From an uncultured Gammaproteobacteria bacterium (GTDB lineage Bacteria > Patescibacteriota > Microgenomatia > Daviesbacterales > UBA10151), in the NCBI GenBank assembly GCA_964625535.1, contig CAZVEX010000006.1, positions 1-62,843 on the forward strand: DNA of 62,843 nucleotides, written 5' to 3'. Below, in pieces: positions 40,127-49,752 of the stretch. The notes beneath the pieces were generated by a model. The model had not been told where the DNA came from. It did no database searches and worked only from the letters and a program-made list of their open reading frames with translations. The translations under genes and the position numbers were made by a program. The first letter of the stretch is position 1. The number at the start of each line of letters is the position of its first letter.

Positions 40127-41003
40127 GCATCCTCCTTAATATTTTGCCCAAATTCTTAAGTTTCCATGAAACGGCAATTTTTTGATTATACCAGCTTTTT
40201 CTAATTTGTTGTACTGCCAGGTTGCGGGTTTTAGCATCATTAACCAAAGACAGGATAAACTTAAAAAAAGACTTTATGTCTGTAAGAAGCGTTCTTTTTC
40301 CAGAATGTATTCTATAGAAAACATGTATTCCCAGAACTATTAAGGTTAAAGGGAATAAAAACCCGCTTGCTCCTTCTTTTAAGGGTTCTATCAAAAGTTT
40401 GACTGCTCCTATATAAATTAAACATTGAGAGACTATCAAACCCCGCGGATGAAAATGGGTGGCTTTGGCCCAAATTCTTGCTAACACCAAGCTCAAGGCA
40501 ATAGCTTCCAGGGCTTGGACGGGAAATCTTTTACCGATCACTCCTACCATGGGAACGGCAAAAAACAGATTGCTTGGTATACCCACGCCGCAACTACCCA
40601 GGAAACAACCTAAATTTCCCAGAATCAACCCTCCCAAAAAACCAACTATGCCAATATCCGCCACTAAAGCAAAATCCATCTTAAACTTCCTGGAAAAAAA
40701 GTATAGCGCCAGCCATCCTCCCAAAAATCCTCCCCAAAAAGACAGCCCCGGATATTTGTTAATAAGCAACAATTTCTCGAGGCTTGCGAAAGCTTGAAGG
40801 TGTTCTGCCACGAAAAAGATTCTGGCTCCCAGCAACCCTCCCACAAAGCTTAAAAGAGTCAGGTCCAAAATCCGCTCCTCCGGCAAATCCCAGGCCCGGG
40901 AGAGCCTCCAAATCAAAAATACCCCAAACAAAAAGGCCAGGGCCAAAAACACCCCGAATGAAGAAACAGCCACATTGGAAATTGAAAAAAGAACCGGAAG
41001 CAT
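40107..41003 (-). CDS. lgt: Lgt-family (prolipoprotein diacylglyceryl transferase-like) membrane protein, divergent
   Basis: GARIFFV, PGLSFWGG, RFPVQALE; several canonical catalytic residues replaced. Confidence 0.75.
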   Translation of the reverse strand: MLPVLFSISNVAVSSFGVFLALAFLFGVFLIWRLSRAWDLPEERILDLTLLSFVGGLLGARIFFVAEHLQAFASLEKLLLINKYPGLSFWGGFLGGWLALYFFSRKFKMDFALVADIGIVGFLGGLILGNLGCFLGSCGVGIPSNLFFAVPMVGVIGKRFPVQALEAIALSLVLARIWAKATHFHPRGLIVSQCLIYIGAVKLLIEPLKEGASGFLFPLTLIVLGIHVFYRIHSGKRTLLTDIKSFFKFILSLVNDAKTRNLAVQQIRKSWYNQKIAVSWKLKNLGKILRRMRVKINP

Positions 41004-41058
41004 GACAAATAGCCTACCATAAATGGCGCCGTTTGACAAAGTGGGGTATACTTATTAG

Positions 41059-41502
41059 ATGACAGCAACAGCTCATGCGCTGGTGGGAGGAGCCATTGCA
41101 GCTTCCGCAATTCATCCTGCCCTTGGTCTAACCCTGGCAGCAGCCTCACACCCCATTTTAGACATGATCCCCCATTGGGATTTAGGTATAGGATGGAGAA
41201 GTAAAAATAAAGTTACGCTTTTTGTTGAATCAGCGCTGGATTTAATCGTGGGTATTCTTCTAGCCTACTTTATTTTTGGAAGAAACATTAATCCATTTTA
41301 TTTTCTTTCCTGTATCTTTTTCTCCGAAATTTGGGATATTTTAATGATGCCTTACCTTCTTTTTAAATGGAATTTCCCGCCCTTTTCGACAGCCTACAAA
41401 TGGCAACATAAAATTCAAAGCAATATTAAGCTTCCCTGGGGAATTTTAACTCAAGTGGTATCTGTCACGGGAGTAGTTTTTGCTCTAAGATTTATCCACT
41501 AA
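41059..41502 (+). CDS. Membrane protein, metal-dependent hydrolase-like
   Basis: TAHALVG, SHPILDMIPHWD, C-terminal WQHKIQ; TATACT-N6-ATG. Confidence 0.65.
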   Translation: MTATAHALVGGAIAASAIHPALGLTLAAASHPILDMIPHWDLGIGWRSKNKVTLFVESALDLIVGILLAYFIFGRNINPFYFLSCIFFSEIWDILMMPYLLFKWNFPPFSTAYKWQHKIQSNIKLPWGILTQVVSVTGVVFALRFIH

Positions 41503-42375
41503 TTCTTTTAAGTACCTGGAGAATTCTTCACCTATCTCGGGATGTTGTTTAGCCAAGTCTACAACGGTTTTTAAATATTCAAATTTATTTCCAGTATCCC
41601 TAAAGATGGCATTCTCAAGCTCTACTGCATGAACAGGTACTCCATAATCAACCATGCCTTGAACTCCCATAGTATAGACCAACTCTTCCCCTTCTTTAAG
41701 ATTTAAGGAAGCTTTCTCCAAATACTCATAAATCTCTGGGGTATATAGGTAGCCTGAAACAACTGCCAAATCTGATGGTGATGCATCTTTACTTCCGGGC
41801 TTTTCTACAATCTTTGTAAGCTTGATTACTTTTCCATTAATGTTTTGTCCAGCAGCAAAACCATATTTCTTGTAGTCATCATCGGATCTTGCCCTAATCC
41901 CTCCTAAAACAGTCGAATCATATTTTTCATAAGCTGCAATCATTTGTTTGGCTCTTGAGGGTTTTGCATCTACAAAATCATCTCCCCAAAAAACCAAAAA
42001 TGGATCATCTCTCATGATATGCTTTGCATTTAAGATTGGAGTGGCATTACCATCTGGACCTTTTTGTCTGATATAAACAAACTCAGCTAGATCTGAGATT
42101 TTTCTTACTTCTTCCAAAGCATTGGTTTTACCTGCTTCTCTTAATTTCTCTTCTAGCTCAAAGTTATTATCAAAATGATCCTCAATTGATCTTTTATTCC
42201 AACCAGTCACAATAACAATTGTTTCAATGCCTGCTTCCACCAGTTCCTCCACCACCCGCTGGATAATGGGTTTATCAACAAGGGGCATCATTTCCTTGGG
42301 CATGGCTTTGGTTTGTGGTAAAAATCTTGTCCCAAATCCGGCAGCAGGTATTAAAGCTTTAGTTATTTTTTTCAT
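41485..42375 (-). CDS. galU: UTP--glucose-1-phosphate uridylyltransferase
   Basis: KALIPAAGFGTRFLPQTKAMPKEM, VRQKG-like FVYIRQKG, VEKP, DTGNKFEY. Confidence 0.92.
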   Translation of the reverse strand: MKKITKALIPAAGFGTRFLPQTKAMPKEMMPLVDKPIIQRVVEELVEAGIETIVIVTGWNKRSIEDHFDNNFELEEKLREAGKTNALEEVRKISDLAEFVYIRQKGPDGNATPILNAKHIMRDDPFLVFWGDDFVDAKPSRAKQMIAAYEKYDSTVLGGIRARSDDDYKKYGFAAGQNINGKVIKLTKIVEKPGSKDASPSDLAVVSGYLYTPEIYEYLEKASLNLKEGEELVYTMGVQGMVDYGVPVHAVELENAIFRDTGNKFEYLKTVVDLAKQHPEIGEEFSRYLKELVDKS

Positions 42376-42935
42376 TTGACTCTTTCTACATACTCACCTG
42401 TTCTGGTATCCACTTTTACTTTTTCTCCCACTTTCATAAACATGGGAACTTTAACTGCAAGTCCATTATCCAGTGTAGCATCTTTGTAAACATTTGACAC
42501 GGTATTACCTTTCTCTCCCGGCCCTGTTTCCGCAATTTCATAGACCAAACTCAAGGGCAATTCCATACCCAAGGCCTCTCCTTCACTAACTATTAAAATA
42601 ACTTCCAATCCGTCTTTGAGATATTTTATTGAATCACCCAACACACTACCCTGCAGGGAAAATTGTTCAAAACTTTGCGGATCCATGAAGTTAAAGTTAT
42701 CAGCCTCTCTATAAAGAAACTGGGCTTTTTTCTTCTCTACTTCAGCCTCATCCACCCGGGCCCCGGTGATGAAAGATTTTTCTACCACAGATCCTGTTCT
42801 AACATTTCTCACTTTCACTTTAATGGTGCCAGAACCCCTACCCATCTTAACGTGTTCATAGGTTAAAACCTGAAGGATATTACCCCCTTCTTTGAAAAAA
42901 GCGCCATTTCGAAGTTCAGTTACATTCAATGCCAT
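42372..42935 (-). CDS. efp: Elongation factor P
   Basis: HVKMGRGSG, GEKGNT, VPMFMKVGE.VKVDTRTGEYVER. Confidence 0.95.
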   Translation of the reverse strand: MALNVTELRNGAFFKEGGNILQVLTYEHVKMGRGSGTIKVKVRNVRTGSVVEKSFITGARVDEAEVEKKKAQFLYREADNFNFMDPQSFEQFSLQGSVLGDSIKYLKDGLEVILIVSEGEALGMELPLSLVYEIAETGPGEKGNTVSNVYKDATLDNGLAVKVPMFMKVGEKVKVDTRTGEYVERVK

Positions 42936-42978
42936 AATCTATGAATTTTACCATAGTTTGTCATATTCTGACTATTCG

Positions 42979-42997
42979 TCCCACCTGGAGGGTGGGA
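42979..42997. repeat. REP-like palindrome CACC-N5-GGTG
   Basis: TCCCACC TGGAG GGTGGGA; intergenic. Confidence 0.6.
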
Positions 42998-43008
42998 TAG
43001 CTTGGCAC

Positions 43009-45471
43009 CTACTCTTTTTGCAGAAATTTCTTAATTTTTTCCCTATCTCTTTTTAACCAATCCTCATTGCTGTAAATTCTCTCTATGACTTGGGCAATGG
43101 TTCTTTTGGCCTCTGGAATTGGGTTTTTCCTGACAAAAGACTCTATATCTTTTGCATCGGAACTTAAAGTAAACTCCCCTGCCGGTTCAAAAACCCGGGT
43201 AAAATAATGCCCTCCGGCATACCGCTCTTTTAATAATTTCCAGTTTTTCTTGACAAATTCCCAAGCCAGATATCTCCCCTCCGGATTTCCCCAAACCGCA
43301 GCTATCATCTGCAGCGTATTTTGAAATCTAACATGCTGGGAAGTGGCAAAAACCAGAGTTTTTTGCAAAATTTCTTTTTGTTTAAACAATCCCAAGCTTC
43401 TGCCAATTCTATCCTTTTCCTGCTGGTGATCTTCTTCTTTATACATTTTTATCAGAGCATTAAATTCTTTTTCTTCCCCGCTTGAGGCCACCAAATTATA
43501 AACCACGCTTTTTAAATCAGGATCGATTTTTTGGCCTGCCCGTCCGGCAGGCGGGCCAAAAAACTTTTGGGCTTTTTTAATGGTTTCTTCATCCCCAAAA
43601 GATCCCAAGCGATATAAAACCATTCCTCTAAGGAGTGCATCCGTATGCTTTTCTCCCTCGCTTCTTTCCCAACCCATTTTGCCGGCAATCTTTCCATAAA
43701 TTTGCCTGCCGTATTTTTTGAAATCTTCATAAAAATCTTCATAAGCTAAAAGAGAATTTAACTCGCTTAAATGCCCTGTCAACTGGCTCCAAACAGTATA
43801 ATCTTCTTCGTTAACGTAATTTAATGCCAGTTCAAGAGCCAAAGTTGTTGGAGAATCTCCGGACTGCGCCAGATCAAAACCGTCTCTTATAAGTCCCAAT
43901 CTATCCGGGGCAGATAAATTTGTTAGTTTAGTTAGATAATTTTTTGGGTAATCAACCCTTAAAAAACTGGTCTCTCCCAAATTTAATTTCTTTCCCTTAT
44001 TGGGAATTTGCAAAGTTTTCTCATTCATTAAAATTCCATCAAGAGGAATTGACCAGACAGTTTGATCGTTTGTTTCTTTTTTAGAAATGGGACTGATGAA
44101 AAATCTATTTTGTGTTAATTCTAACTTTGCACTTTGCACTTTACACTTTACACTTATTACCGGGTGTCCCGGCTTTGATGTCCAGTTGGCCATGATTTTA
44201 GCAACAGGTTTACCGGACATTTCCTCCAAAGCAATCCATAAATCCTCTGTTTTGGCATTAGAATAAGAATGTCTCTTAAGATAATGTTGTAAACCTTTTT
44301 GAAAGTTTTTTTCTCCCAAATATTGCCAGAGCATCCTCAAAATGGATGATCCTTTGGAATATGAAACTTTATCAAAAATCTCACTAATTTCCGCAGGATG
44401 GCCCACTTCTACCTCAATAGGATGAGTATTCTTTAAGCTATCCAAAGAAAACGCTTCTCCCATTTCATTGGCCACAAATTGAGTCCATATATCCCATTCA
44501 GGAAAAATATGATCTATGGCCAGATATTCTATAAAGCTGGCAAAGCCTTCATTGAGCCATAGGTGAGTCCACCACTCCATGGTCACCAGATTGCCAAACC
44601 ACTGGTGAGCCAGCTCGTGAGCTATCACCAAAGCCACCCACTGTTTGTTGGCCGAGGAAGATTTTTCTTCATCAATCAACAGTGTCGACTCTCGATAGGT
44701 CACAGCCCCCCAGTTTTCCATGGCACCGGCGGCAAAATCGGGAATGGCAATTAAATCCAAAACCGGCAAAGGGTAGTCTATATCAAAATATTTTTCATAA
44801 AAGTCTAAACATTTAATAGCCACTGACAACGCAAACTTGGCCTGATCTTTTTTCCCCGGAGTAGTAAATACTCTTATCGCTTTCCCCTTTCCGGTTTCCC
44901 CTTCTATATACTCAAACTCCCCCACAATAAAGGCCACAAGATAGGTGGACATTTTGGGGGTAGGTTCAAATTCTACCACCTTGTATCCGGCCTCGTGTTC
45001 CTGAACAGCAGACTCAATAGTATTAGAAATAGCTGTAGTGTGAGAAGGCACCATCAAGGTCACATCAAAAATGGCTTTTTGAGACGGTTCATCAAAACAG
45101 GGAAAAGTACGTCTTGCATCAGTTGCCTCAAACTGGGTTACAGCCAGATGTTTCTCTCCAAATTTGCTTCTGTAAAACCCCCGCATTTTGTCATTTAAGA
45201 TGCCCTGAAATGTTAACTTAATTTGATTTTTGCCTTTTGGAAGTTTTTTGGGAAAGGTAAGTGTAGCTGTTTCTGCTTTTTTATCATAGGTTATTTTTAC
45301 TCCATCGCTTTCTAAAATTAGCTCTGCAGAGTGAAGAGTAATTTCTTTGGCAGGTTTAGCCAGCGTTAAATCAATAGTTTCCTCACCCTCAAAGGTAAAA
45401 TTTTCCAAATCAGGCTTAATCATGATCTTATAACGCTCTGGTTTAACATGTTGAGGAAGTCTGTGTTTCAT
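43009..45471 (-). CDS. pepN: M1-family aminopeptidase
   Basis: TQFEATDAR, GAMENWG, HELAHQWFG..WLNEGFA, YSKG, ERAP1-like C-terminal domain. Confidence 0.95.
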   Translation of the reverse strand: MKHRLPQHVKPERYKIMIKPDLENFTFEGEETIDLTLAKPAKEITLHSAELILESDGVKITYDKKAETATLTFPKKLPKGKNQIKLTFQGILNDKMRGFYRSKFGEKHLAVTQFEATDARRTFPCFDEPSQKAIFDVTLMVPSHTTAISNTIESAVQEHEAGYKVVEFEPTPKMSTYLVAFIVGEFEYIEGETGKGKAIRVFTTPGKKDQAKFALSVAIKCLDFYEKYFDIDYPLPVLDLIAIPDFAAGAMENWGAVTYRESTLLIDEEKSSSANKQWVALVIAHELAHQWFGNLVTMEWWTHLWLNEGFASFIEYLAIDHIFPEWDIWTQFVANEMGEAFSLDSLKNTHPIEVEVGHPAEISEIFDKVSYSKGSSILRMLWQYLGEKNFQKGLQHYLKRHSYSNAKTEDLWIALEEMSGKPVAKIMANWTSKPGHPVISVKCKVQSAKLELTQNRFFISPISKKETNDQTVWSIPLDGILMNEKTLQIPNKGKKLNLGETSFLRVDYPKNYLTKLTNLSAPDRLGLIRDGFDLAQSGDSPTTLALELALNYVNEEDYTVWSQLTGHLSELNSLLAYEDFYEDFKKYGRQIYGKIAGKMGWERSEGEKHTDALLRGMVLYRLGSFGDEETIKKAQKFFGPPAGRAGQKIDPDLKSVVYNLVASSGEEKEFNALIKMYKEEDHQQEKDRIGRSLGLFKQKEILQKTLVFATSQHVRFQNTLQMIAAVWGNPEGRYLAWEFVKKNWKLLKERYAGGHYFTRVFEPAGEFTLSSDAKDIESFVRKNPIPEAKRTIAQVIERIYSNEDWLKRDREKIKKFLQKE
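43535..43555. repeat. 21-bp GC-rich palindromic element inserted in frame in pepN
   Basis: CCTGCCCGTCCGGCAGGCGGG; encodes PPAGRAG. Confidence 0.65.
44124..44158 (+). repeat. 7-bp array (ACTTTRC) x~5 inside pepN
   Basis: ACTTTGC ACTTTGC ACTTTAC ACTTTAC ACTTATT; encodes SVKCKVQSAK on the minus strand. Confidence 0.9.
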
Positions 45472-45514
45472 ACAAGAGAGTTTAACTAATTTGTGCTAAA
45501 ATGTCTAATGATTA

Positions 45515-45598
45515 GCCAAGGTGCTGGAATGGTATACAGGGTAGTCTCAAAAACTACTGGTCCAAAAGGCCGTGAGGGTTCGACTCCCTCCCTTGGCA
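45515..45598 (+). tRNA. tRNA-Leu (anticodon CAA)
   Basis: Acceptor GCCAAGG/CCTTGGC, anticodon arm GTAGT-CTCAAAA-ACTAC, long variable arm, GGTTCGACTCC, A73; CCA not encoded directly after A73. Confidence 0.96.
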
Positions 45599-45629
45599 CT
45601 CCATACTCCAAATTTGTTATAATTTCACC

Positions 45630-46619
45630 ATGCCTGAACAAACTGGAAAAATTGATGGTAGAAAATCCGCTCCATATAGGGTTAGGATTGTGGAACAACC
45701 CCAAAAGCGTCGTCTGTTAAAAGCCATCGGCATAGCTACCCTGGCGACAATAGCAACTGGCGGTATAAGAATTGACTTACCTGGTCAAAAAACCCCTGGA
45801 GAAATTCAATCGCCAGAATTACTAGCTTATCAGAAAAGATTAAATACTCTAAATCAAGAAATATTAAGAAACCCCCAAAATCTTAAAGAAATAGCACCAA
45901 GAATTGGTCAATTAGCCATTGAATTTTTCTCTGGGGAAATGGACTATAATCCCCAAGAATATGAAGGAAAAACTAAATATAAATGGGACAATGAATACCA
46001 AATAAGTCAAAAAGAAGAATCTGGTTGTATAGAATTACAAACCAGCGATGATGAGTATGGCTATGTTAATGTGGTTAGGGATGATCTATCAATTAATTTG
46101 GATAAGGTACTTTATGGACTACCAGAAGATAAAACTAGGAAAGTCATTCAACCTTATCCAGCTTTTGCACTATTTTCCACTCTGATACATGAACTTCATC
46201 ACTTAACCTCCCCGTTTATGCCAGATCCAGACTCAAATGACCCACGAATAAGGATAAGAGGGCTTGTGTTTTTTGAACCCAACTTAGAATTTAGTAAACC
46301 TAGATATACCTGCTATGATAGCTATCGTACACAACTAGAAGAGGCTGTGGTACAAGATTCTACCGACAGGATGACTCAGAAATTAGGGTTTCAACTGAAA
46401 CCGGACAAAGATTATCAATTATGGGTCCAACGCTATCGAATTGGTGTACTAGAGAAATTTTTTGACGGTGATAATCAACCGCTCCTGAAATTACATCAAC
46501 AAACAAAACCTAGGGAATTTTTTACCGTAGTAGGCCAAAAATTAGGTGCGCCATCCCAGGAAGCTGCTGCGATAGGCGAATCTTATTTAAGAAATCTATT
46601 ATTAGAGGACTCTCCTTAA
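45630..46619 (+). CDS. Hypothetical exported protein with HEXXH (zincin-like) motif
   Basis: RRLLKAIG then a hydrophobic segment; LIHELHHL and downstream LEEA; TG-TATAAT-N6-ATG. Confidence 0.65.
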   Translation: MPEQTGKIDGRKSAPYRVRIVEQPQKRRLLKAIGIATLATIATGGIRIDLPGQKTPGEIQSPELLAYQKRLNTLNQEILRNPQNLKEIAPRIGQLAIEFFSGEMDYNPQEYEGKTKYKWDNEYQISQKEESGCIELQTSDDEYGYVNVVRDDLSINLDKVLYGLPEDKTRKVIQPYPAFALFSTLIHELHHLTSPFMPDPDSNDPRIRIRGLVFFEPNLEFSKPRYTCYDSYRTQLEEAVVQDSTDRMTQKLGFQLKPDKDYQLWVQRYRIGVLEKFFDGDNQPLLKLHQQTKPREFFTVVGQKLGAPSQEAAAIGESYLRNLLLEDSP

Positions 46620-46627
46620 TAGAAAGT

Positions 46628-47986
46628 TTATGCTGCTGCAGGGAGTTCTTTAGATTCCTCTTTGGGCGGGCGGCCGCGGCCTTTTTCCAAACCGTGAAAG
46701 CGTACCCGCTCGGCCCTGAAAAGCAGCGATATCTCACCGGTTGGCCCATTGCGGTGTTTTTGAATATCCAAAGTCACCAGTTCCGGCTTTTCCGGATCTT
46801 CCCGCCATAGAAACATCACCACATCTGCATCCTGTTCTATGGCTCCGCTCTCCCGCAGATCAGCCAGCTGCGGTTTTCTGGTACCGCGCTGCTCCACTGC
46901 CCGCGACAGCTGGGAAATAGCCAAAACCGGAATTTTTAGTTCTCTCGCTAAATTTTTAAGATTTTGAGAAATTTCCGATACTTCCTGCACCCTGTTTTCC
47001 AGGTTTCGCCCTCTGATAAGTTGCAAATAATCCACAATTAAAAATTTTAAACCGTGTTCAATCTGCAATCTTCTGGCTTTGGTCCTTATTTCGGATATGG
47101 AGCTTCCGGGAGTATCGTCAATAAAAAGCGGGGCTTCTGCCAACTCCCCCATGGCCAAAGACAACTTATCAAAATCTTTTTCATCAAGTCTTCCTGTTTT
47201 TAGCTTCCAGGCATCAATATCAGCTTGACCTACCAACAGCCGGTCCACCAGCTCTTCTTTACTCATTTCCAGAGAAAAAATCCCCACCGGCAATCCTGCC
47301 GAAACCGCCACGAACTGGGCAATGTTTAAAGCCATGGAAGTTTTACCCTGCCCGGGACGGGAAGCTAAAATAATTAAATTAGAATCCTGCATGCCGGCCA
47401 GTTTAGAGTCCAAATCTTTAAATCCGGTTGGCACCCCTCTAAGCTTACCCGAGCTTTTCTGCAACTCGTCAAGTCTGTCAAAACTCTCCGTCAGGGCGTC
47501 CTTAATGGGGATAAAATCCCGCGCCACATGTTGTTGGGCCAGGGAAAAGATTCCTCCCTCGGCCTGTTCCAGCAAATCTTCAATTGTTTGGGACTCATCG
47601 TAAGCTTTTTCAATTAGACCAGTGGCCTGGGAAATCAGGCTTCGCCTGAGGGCATGTTCTTTAATAATTCTGGCGTAATATTCAACATGGGCAGAGGTTG
47701 GTACCATGTTAACCAAGGTAGTCAAATATGCCGAACCCCCAACTTTGTCATAAACTCCGCTTCTTTTTAGCTCCTCTGTCAGAGTAACCAAATCAATCGG
47801 CTCCCGTCTTTCAAAAAGACTCTGCATGGCCGAATAAATAGATCCATGTTGTTCGCTCCTGTAAAAATTGCCGGAGTGGATTATCTCCAAAACCTTAACA
47901 ATGGCGTCTTTATCAATCAATAGCGCTCCCAAAAGGGATTGCTCGGCATCGATATTTTGCGGCGGAAGTTTAGTTACATTAGCCAT
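46628..47986 (-). CDS. dnaB: Replicative DNA helicase
   Basis: LPPQNIDAEQSLLG, SRPGQGKTS, FSLEMS, VDYLQL, SQLSR, DLRESGAIEQDAD, KHRNGPTG. Confidence 0.97.
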   Translation of the reverse strand: MANVTKLPPQNIDAEQSLLGALLIDKDAIVKVLEIIHSGNFYRSEQHGSIYSAMQSLFERREPIDLVTLTEELKRSGVYDKVGGSAYLTTLVNMVPTSAHVEYYARIIKEHALRRSLISQATGLIEKAYDESQTIEDLLEQAEGGIFSLAQQHVARDFIPIKDALTESFDRLDELQKSSGKLRGVPTGFKDLDSKLAGMQDSNLIILASRPGQGKTSMALNIAQFVAVSAGLPVGIFSLEMSKEELVDRLLVGQADIDAWKLKTGRLDEKDFDKLSLAMGELAEAPLFIDDTPGSSISEIRTKARRLQIEHGLKFLIVDYLQLIRGRNLENRVQEVSEISQNLKNLARELKIPVLAISQLSRAVEQRGTRKPQLADLRESGAIEQDADVVMFLWREDPEKPELVTLDIQKHRNGPTGEISLLFRAERVRFHGLEKGRGRPPKEESKELPAAA

Positions 47987-48639
47987 TAGGATTTACTTAA
48001 AACCACTACCAGTGGTTCTTCGGGCAGTTTTTCTTTAGTAATAGACAGCTTTGGAACAGGTGCCACCCCTTCCGCTCCCATTTCTTTTAAAAATTTGTCC
48101 GCTCCGTCCAATTCAAACTTTAATCCTTCTATTTTATAGTGCATGGGGATGATAATTTTTGGCTCCAGTTGCGCCGCAACTTCTTGAGCCGTCTTGGCAT
48201 CGATTGTATATACAGAGCCAACAGGAATGAGCAAAATATCGGTTTGACCAATTTGAGCCACCTGCTCCTCTGTTAGTTTCAACTGACCCAGATCTCCCAA
48301 ATGAACAATATTTAAGCTATCAAATAACAGATGAAAAACTGTGTTTTTTCCCCGCTCCTGGCCGCTTAGATTATCATGGAATGAACTAATGCCTGTGATC
48401 ACCACTCCTTTTACTTCGTATTCCCCGGGATCGGTAAATACCAAAGGTTTCTCGCCTGTGGGCAAAACTGCTGCGGTATTATTATGATCCTGGTGACCAT
48501 GGGATGATAAAACTACATCTGCAGAGAGATCTTTAGGAAGTTTAAGGCCTGTGAAATCCGGATCAAAAGGATCAATAATTACAGTGGCAAACTTGCCCTT
48601 CAGTTTAAAGCAGGCCTGTCCCAGCCAGTAGACATCCAT
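47986..48639 (-). CDS. MBL-fold metallo-hydrolase
   Basis: WLGQACF, SHGHQDHN, HLGDLG, LLIPVG, IPMHY; start moved to the ATG at 48639. Confidence 0.85.
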   Translation of the reverse strand: MDVYWLGQACFKLKGKFATVIIDPFDPDFTGLKLPKDLSADVVLSSHGHQDHNNTAAVLPTGEKPLVFTDPGEYEVKGVVITGISSFHDNLSGQERGKNTVFHLLFDSLNIVHLGDLGQLKLTEEQVAQIGQTDILLIPVGSVYTIDAKTAQEVAAQLEPKIIIPMHYKIEGLKFELDGADKFLKEMGAEGVAPVPKLSITKEKLPEEPLVVVLSKS

Positions 48640-48679
48640 CACAAAAAGCATACTAACAAATATGCTAAAATTGTTCAAG

Positions 48680-49114
48680 ATGAAACTTACCCGGAAACTA
48701 TCTCCCAAAGTCTTTTTCCTGTCGCAGGCCATAATTCTTGTAGTGGGACTGATTTTTTTGGGAGGTCTTTATTACATGTTATATAATGAAAAGGTTGAGG
48801 GTCCTGCCTCACCGCCAGGCGGGCCTGTAACAGTCCTGCCCAAAAGTTTAAGAATAGATTTGGATCAGCCGGATGACAATCTTTTAACATTTCAATCCTC
48901 GCTGATTGTTTCCGGAAGTACCTTGCCCAATCTTCTTGTTTTAATTTCAACGCAGTCGCAGGATTCCGTGGTGGAGTCCAAAAAAGACGGCTCTTTCTCT
49001 ACTGTCATCCAGCTGGAAGAGGGAGTTAATAATTTGACAGTAACTGTTTTTGATCAGGGCGGTGACTCAAGATCCGCAGAGCGGACTGTTTATTATTCAA
49101 AGGAAAAAATATGA
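48680..49114 (+). CDS. Membrane-anchored protein with Ig-like domain
   Basis: Transmembrane segment, then VSGST.PN..DGSFS..IQLEEGVNNL.VTVFD..G; TG-TAAAAT-N8-ATG at 48680. Confidence 0.7.
   Translation: MKLTRKLSPKVFFLSQAIILVVGLIFLGGLYYMLYNEKVEGPASPPGGPVTVLPKSLRIDLDQPDDNLLTFQSSLIVSGSTLPNLLVLISTQSQDSVVESKKDGSFSTVIQLEEGVNNLTVTVFDQGGDSRSAERTVYYSKEKI
48803..48823. repeat. Degenerate copy of the 21-bp element
   Basis: CCTGCCTCACCGCCAGGCGGG; 17/21 identical to 43535-43555; encodes PASPPGG. Confidence 0.45.
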
Positions 49115-49752
49115 GAAAAAGTATAACCATTAAGAGCGTAAGCTCGCAAGCTTTGCTTATAATCGTTATAATAATTATAATTTTTTTAGTTCCTTCTACC
49201 TTTGCGGCAGAAAGTACCCCATCTGCTGACATTCGGAATAAACTCGAGGAACTGAAAAAAGAAATTGCTTCCAAAGCAGCCAGACTAAAAGAAGTAGTCT
49301 CTCAAAAATTAACCAATAAAGCCTTCATAGGCACTGTAGAGAATAAAACGGACAATTCCCTGACTATTGTCACCAAAAGCGGCGCCAAAATAGTGAGCTT
49401 TAATCAAGACACTGTTTTTGAAAGCAAAATTAAAAGTAAAAAAAAATTTCCCAAAAATCTGGCCACAGGCGATTATCTGACAGCCTTGGGAGATATAGAT
49501 GATACAGGAGTGCTTACGGCAAAAAAAGTGATCCTACTATCACCTGTTAACCTACCACCTAAAACCTATTTATGGGGTGAGATCGTATCTACTTCAAATA
49601 GTCTTGTTAGCCTGAAAGATAAAAATTTAAAAATACATGGAGTTTCTTTGAAAAAAAATTTTGATTTAAAGCTAGGTGATATTGTCATACTAACGGGGAA
49701 TTTTAACAAAAATGAGGTTTTTGAGGCAGGATTTGTATTTGTTTCTAACTAA
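49111..49752 (+). CDS. Exported hypothetical protein (coiled coil plus OB-fold-like repeats)
   Basis: Signal/transmembrane segment, coiled coil, two G.V..GD.V repeats. Confidence 0.65.
   Translation: MRKSITIKSVSSQALLIIVIIIIIFLVPSTFAAESTPSADIRNKLEELKKEIASKAARLKEVVSQKLTNKAFIGTVENKTDNSLTIVTKSGAKIVSFNQDTVFESKIKSKKKFPKNLATGDYLTALGDIDDTGVLTAKKVILLSPVNLPPKTYLWGEIVSTSNSLVSLKDKNLKIHGVSLKKNFDLKLGDIVILTGNFNKNEVFEAGFVFVSN

Noticed and set aside
43001-43008. CTTGGCAC matching the tRNA-Leu 3-prime end as an att site
   Set aside because: Only 8 bp, upstream of the tRNA, and it would enclose the core gene pepN; expected by chance.
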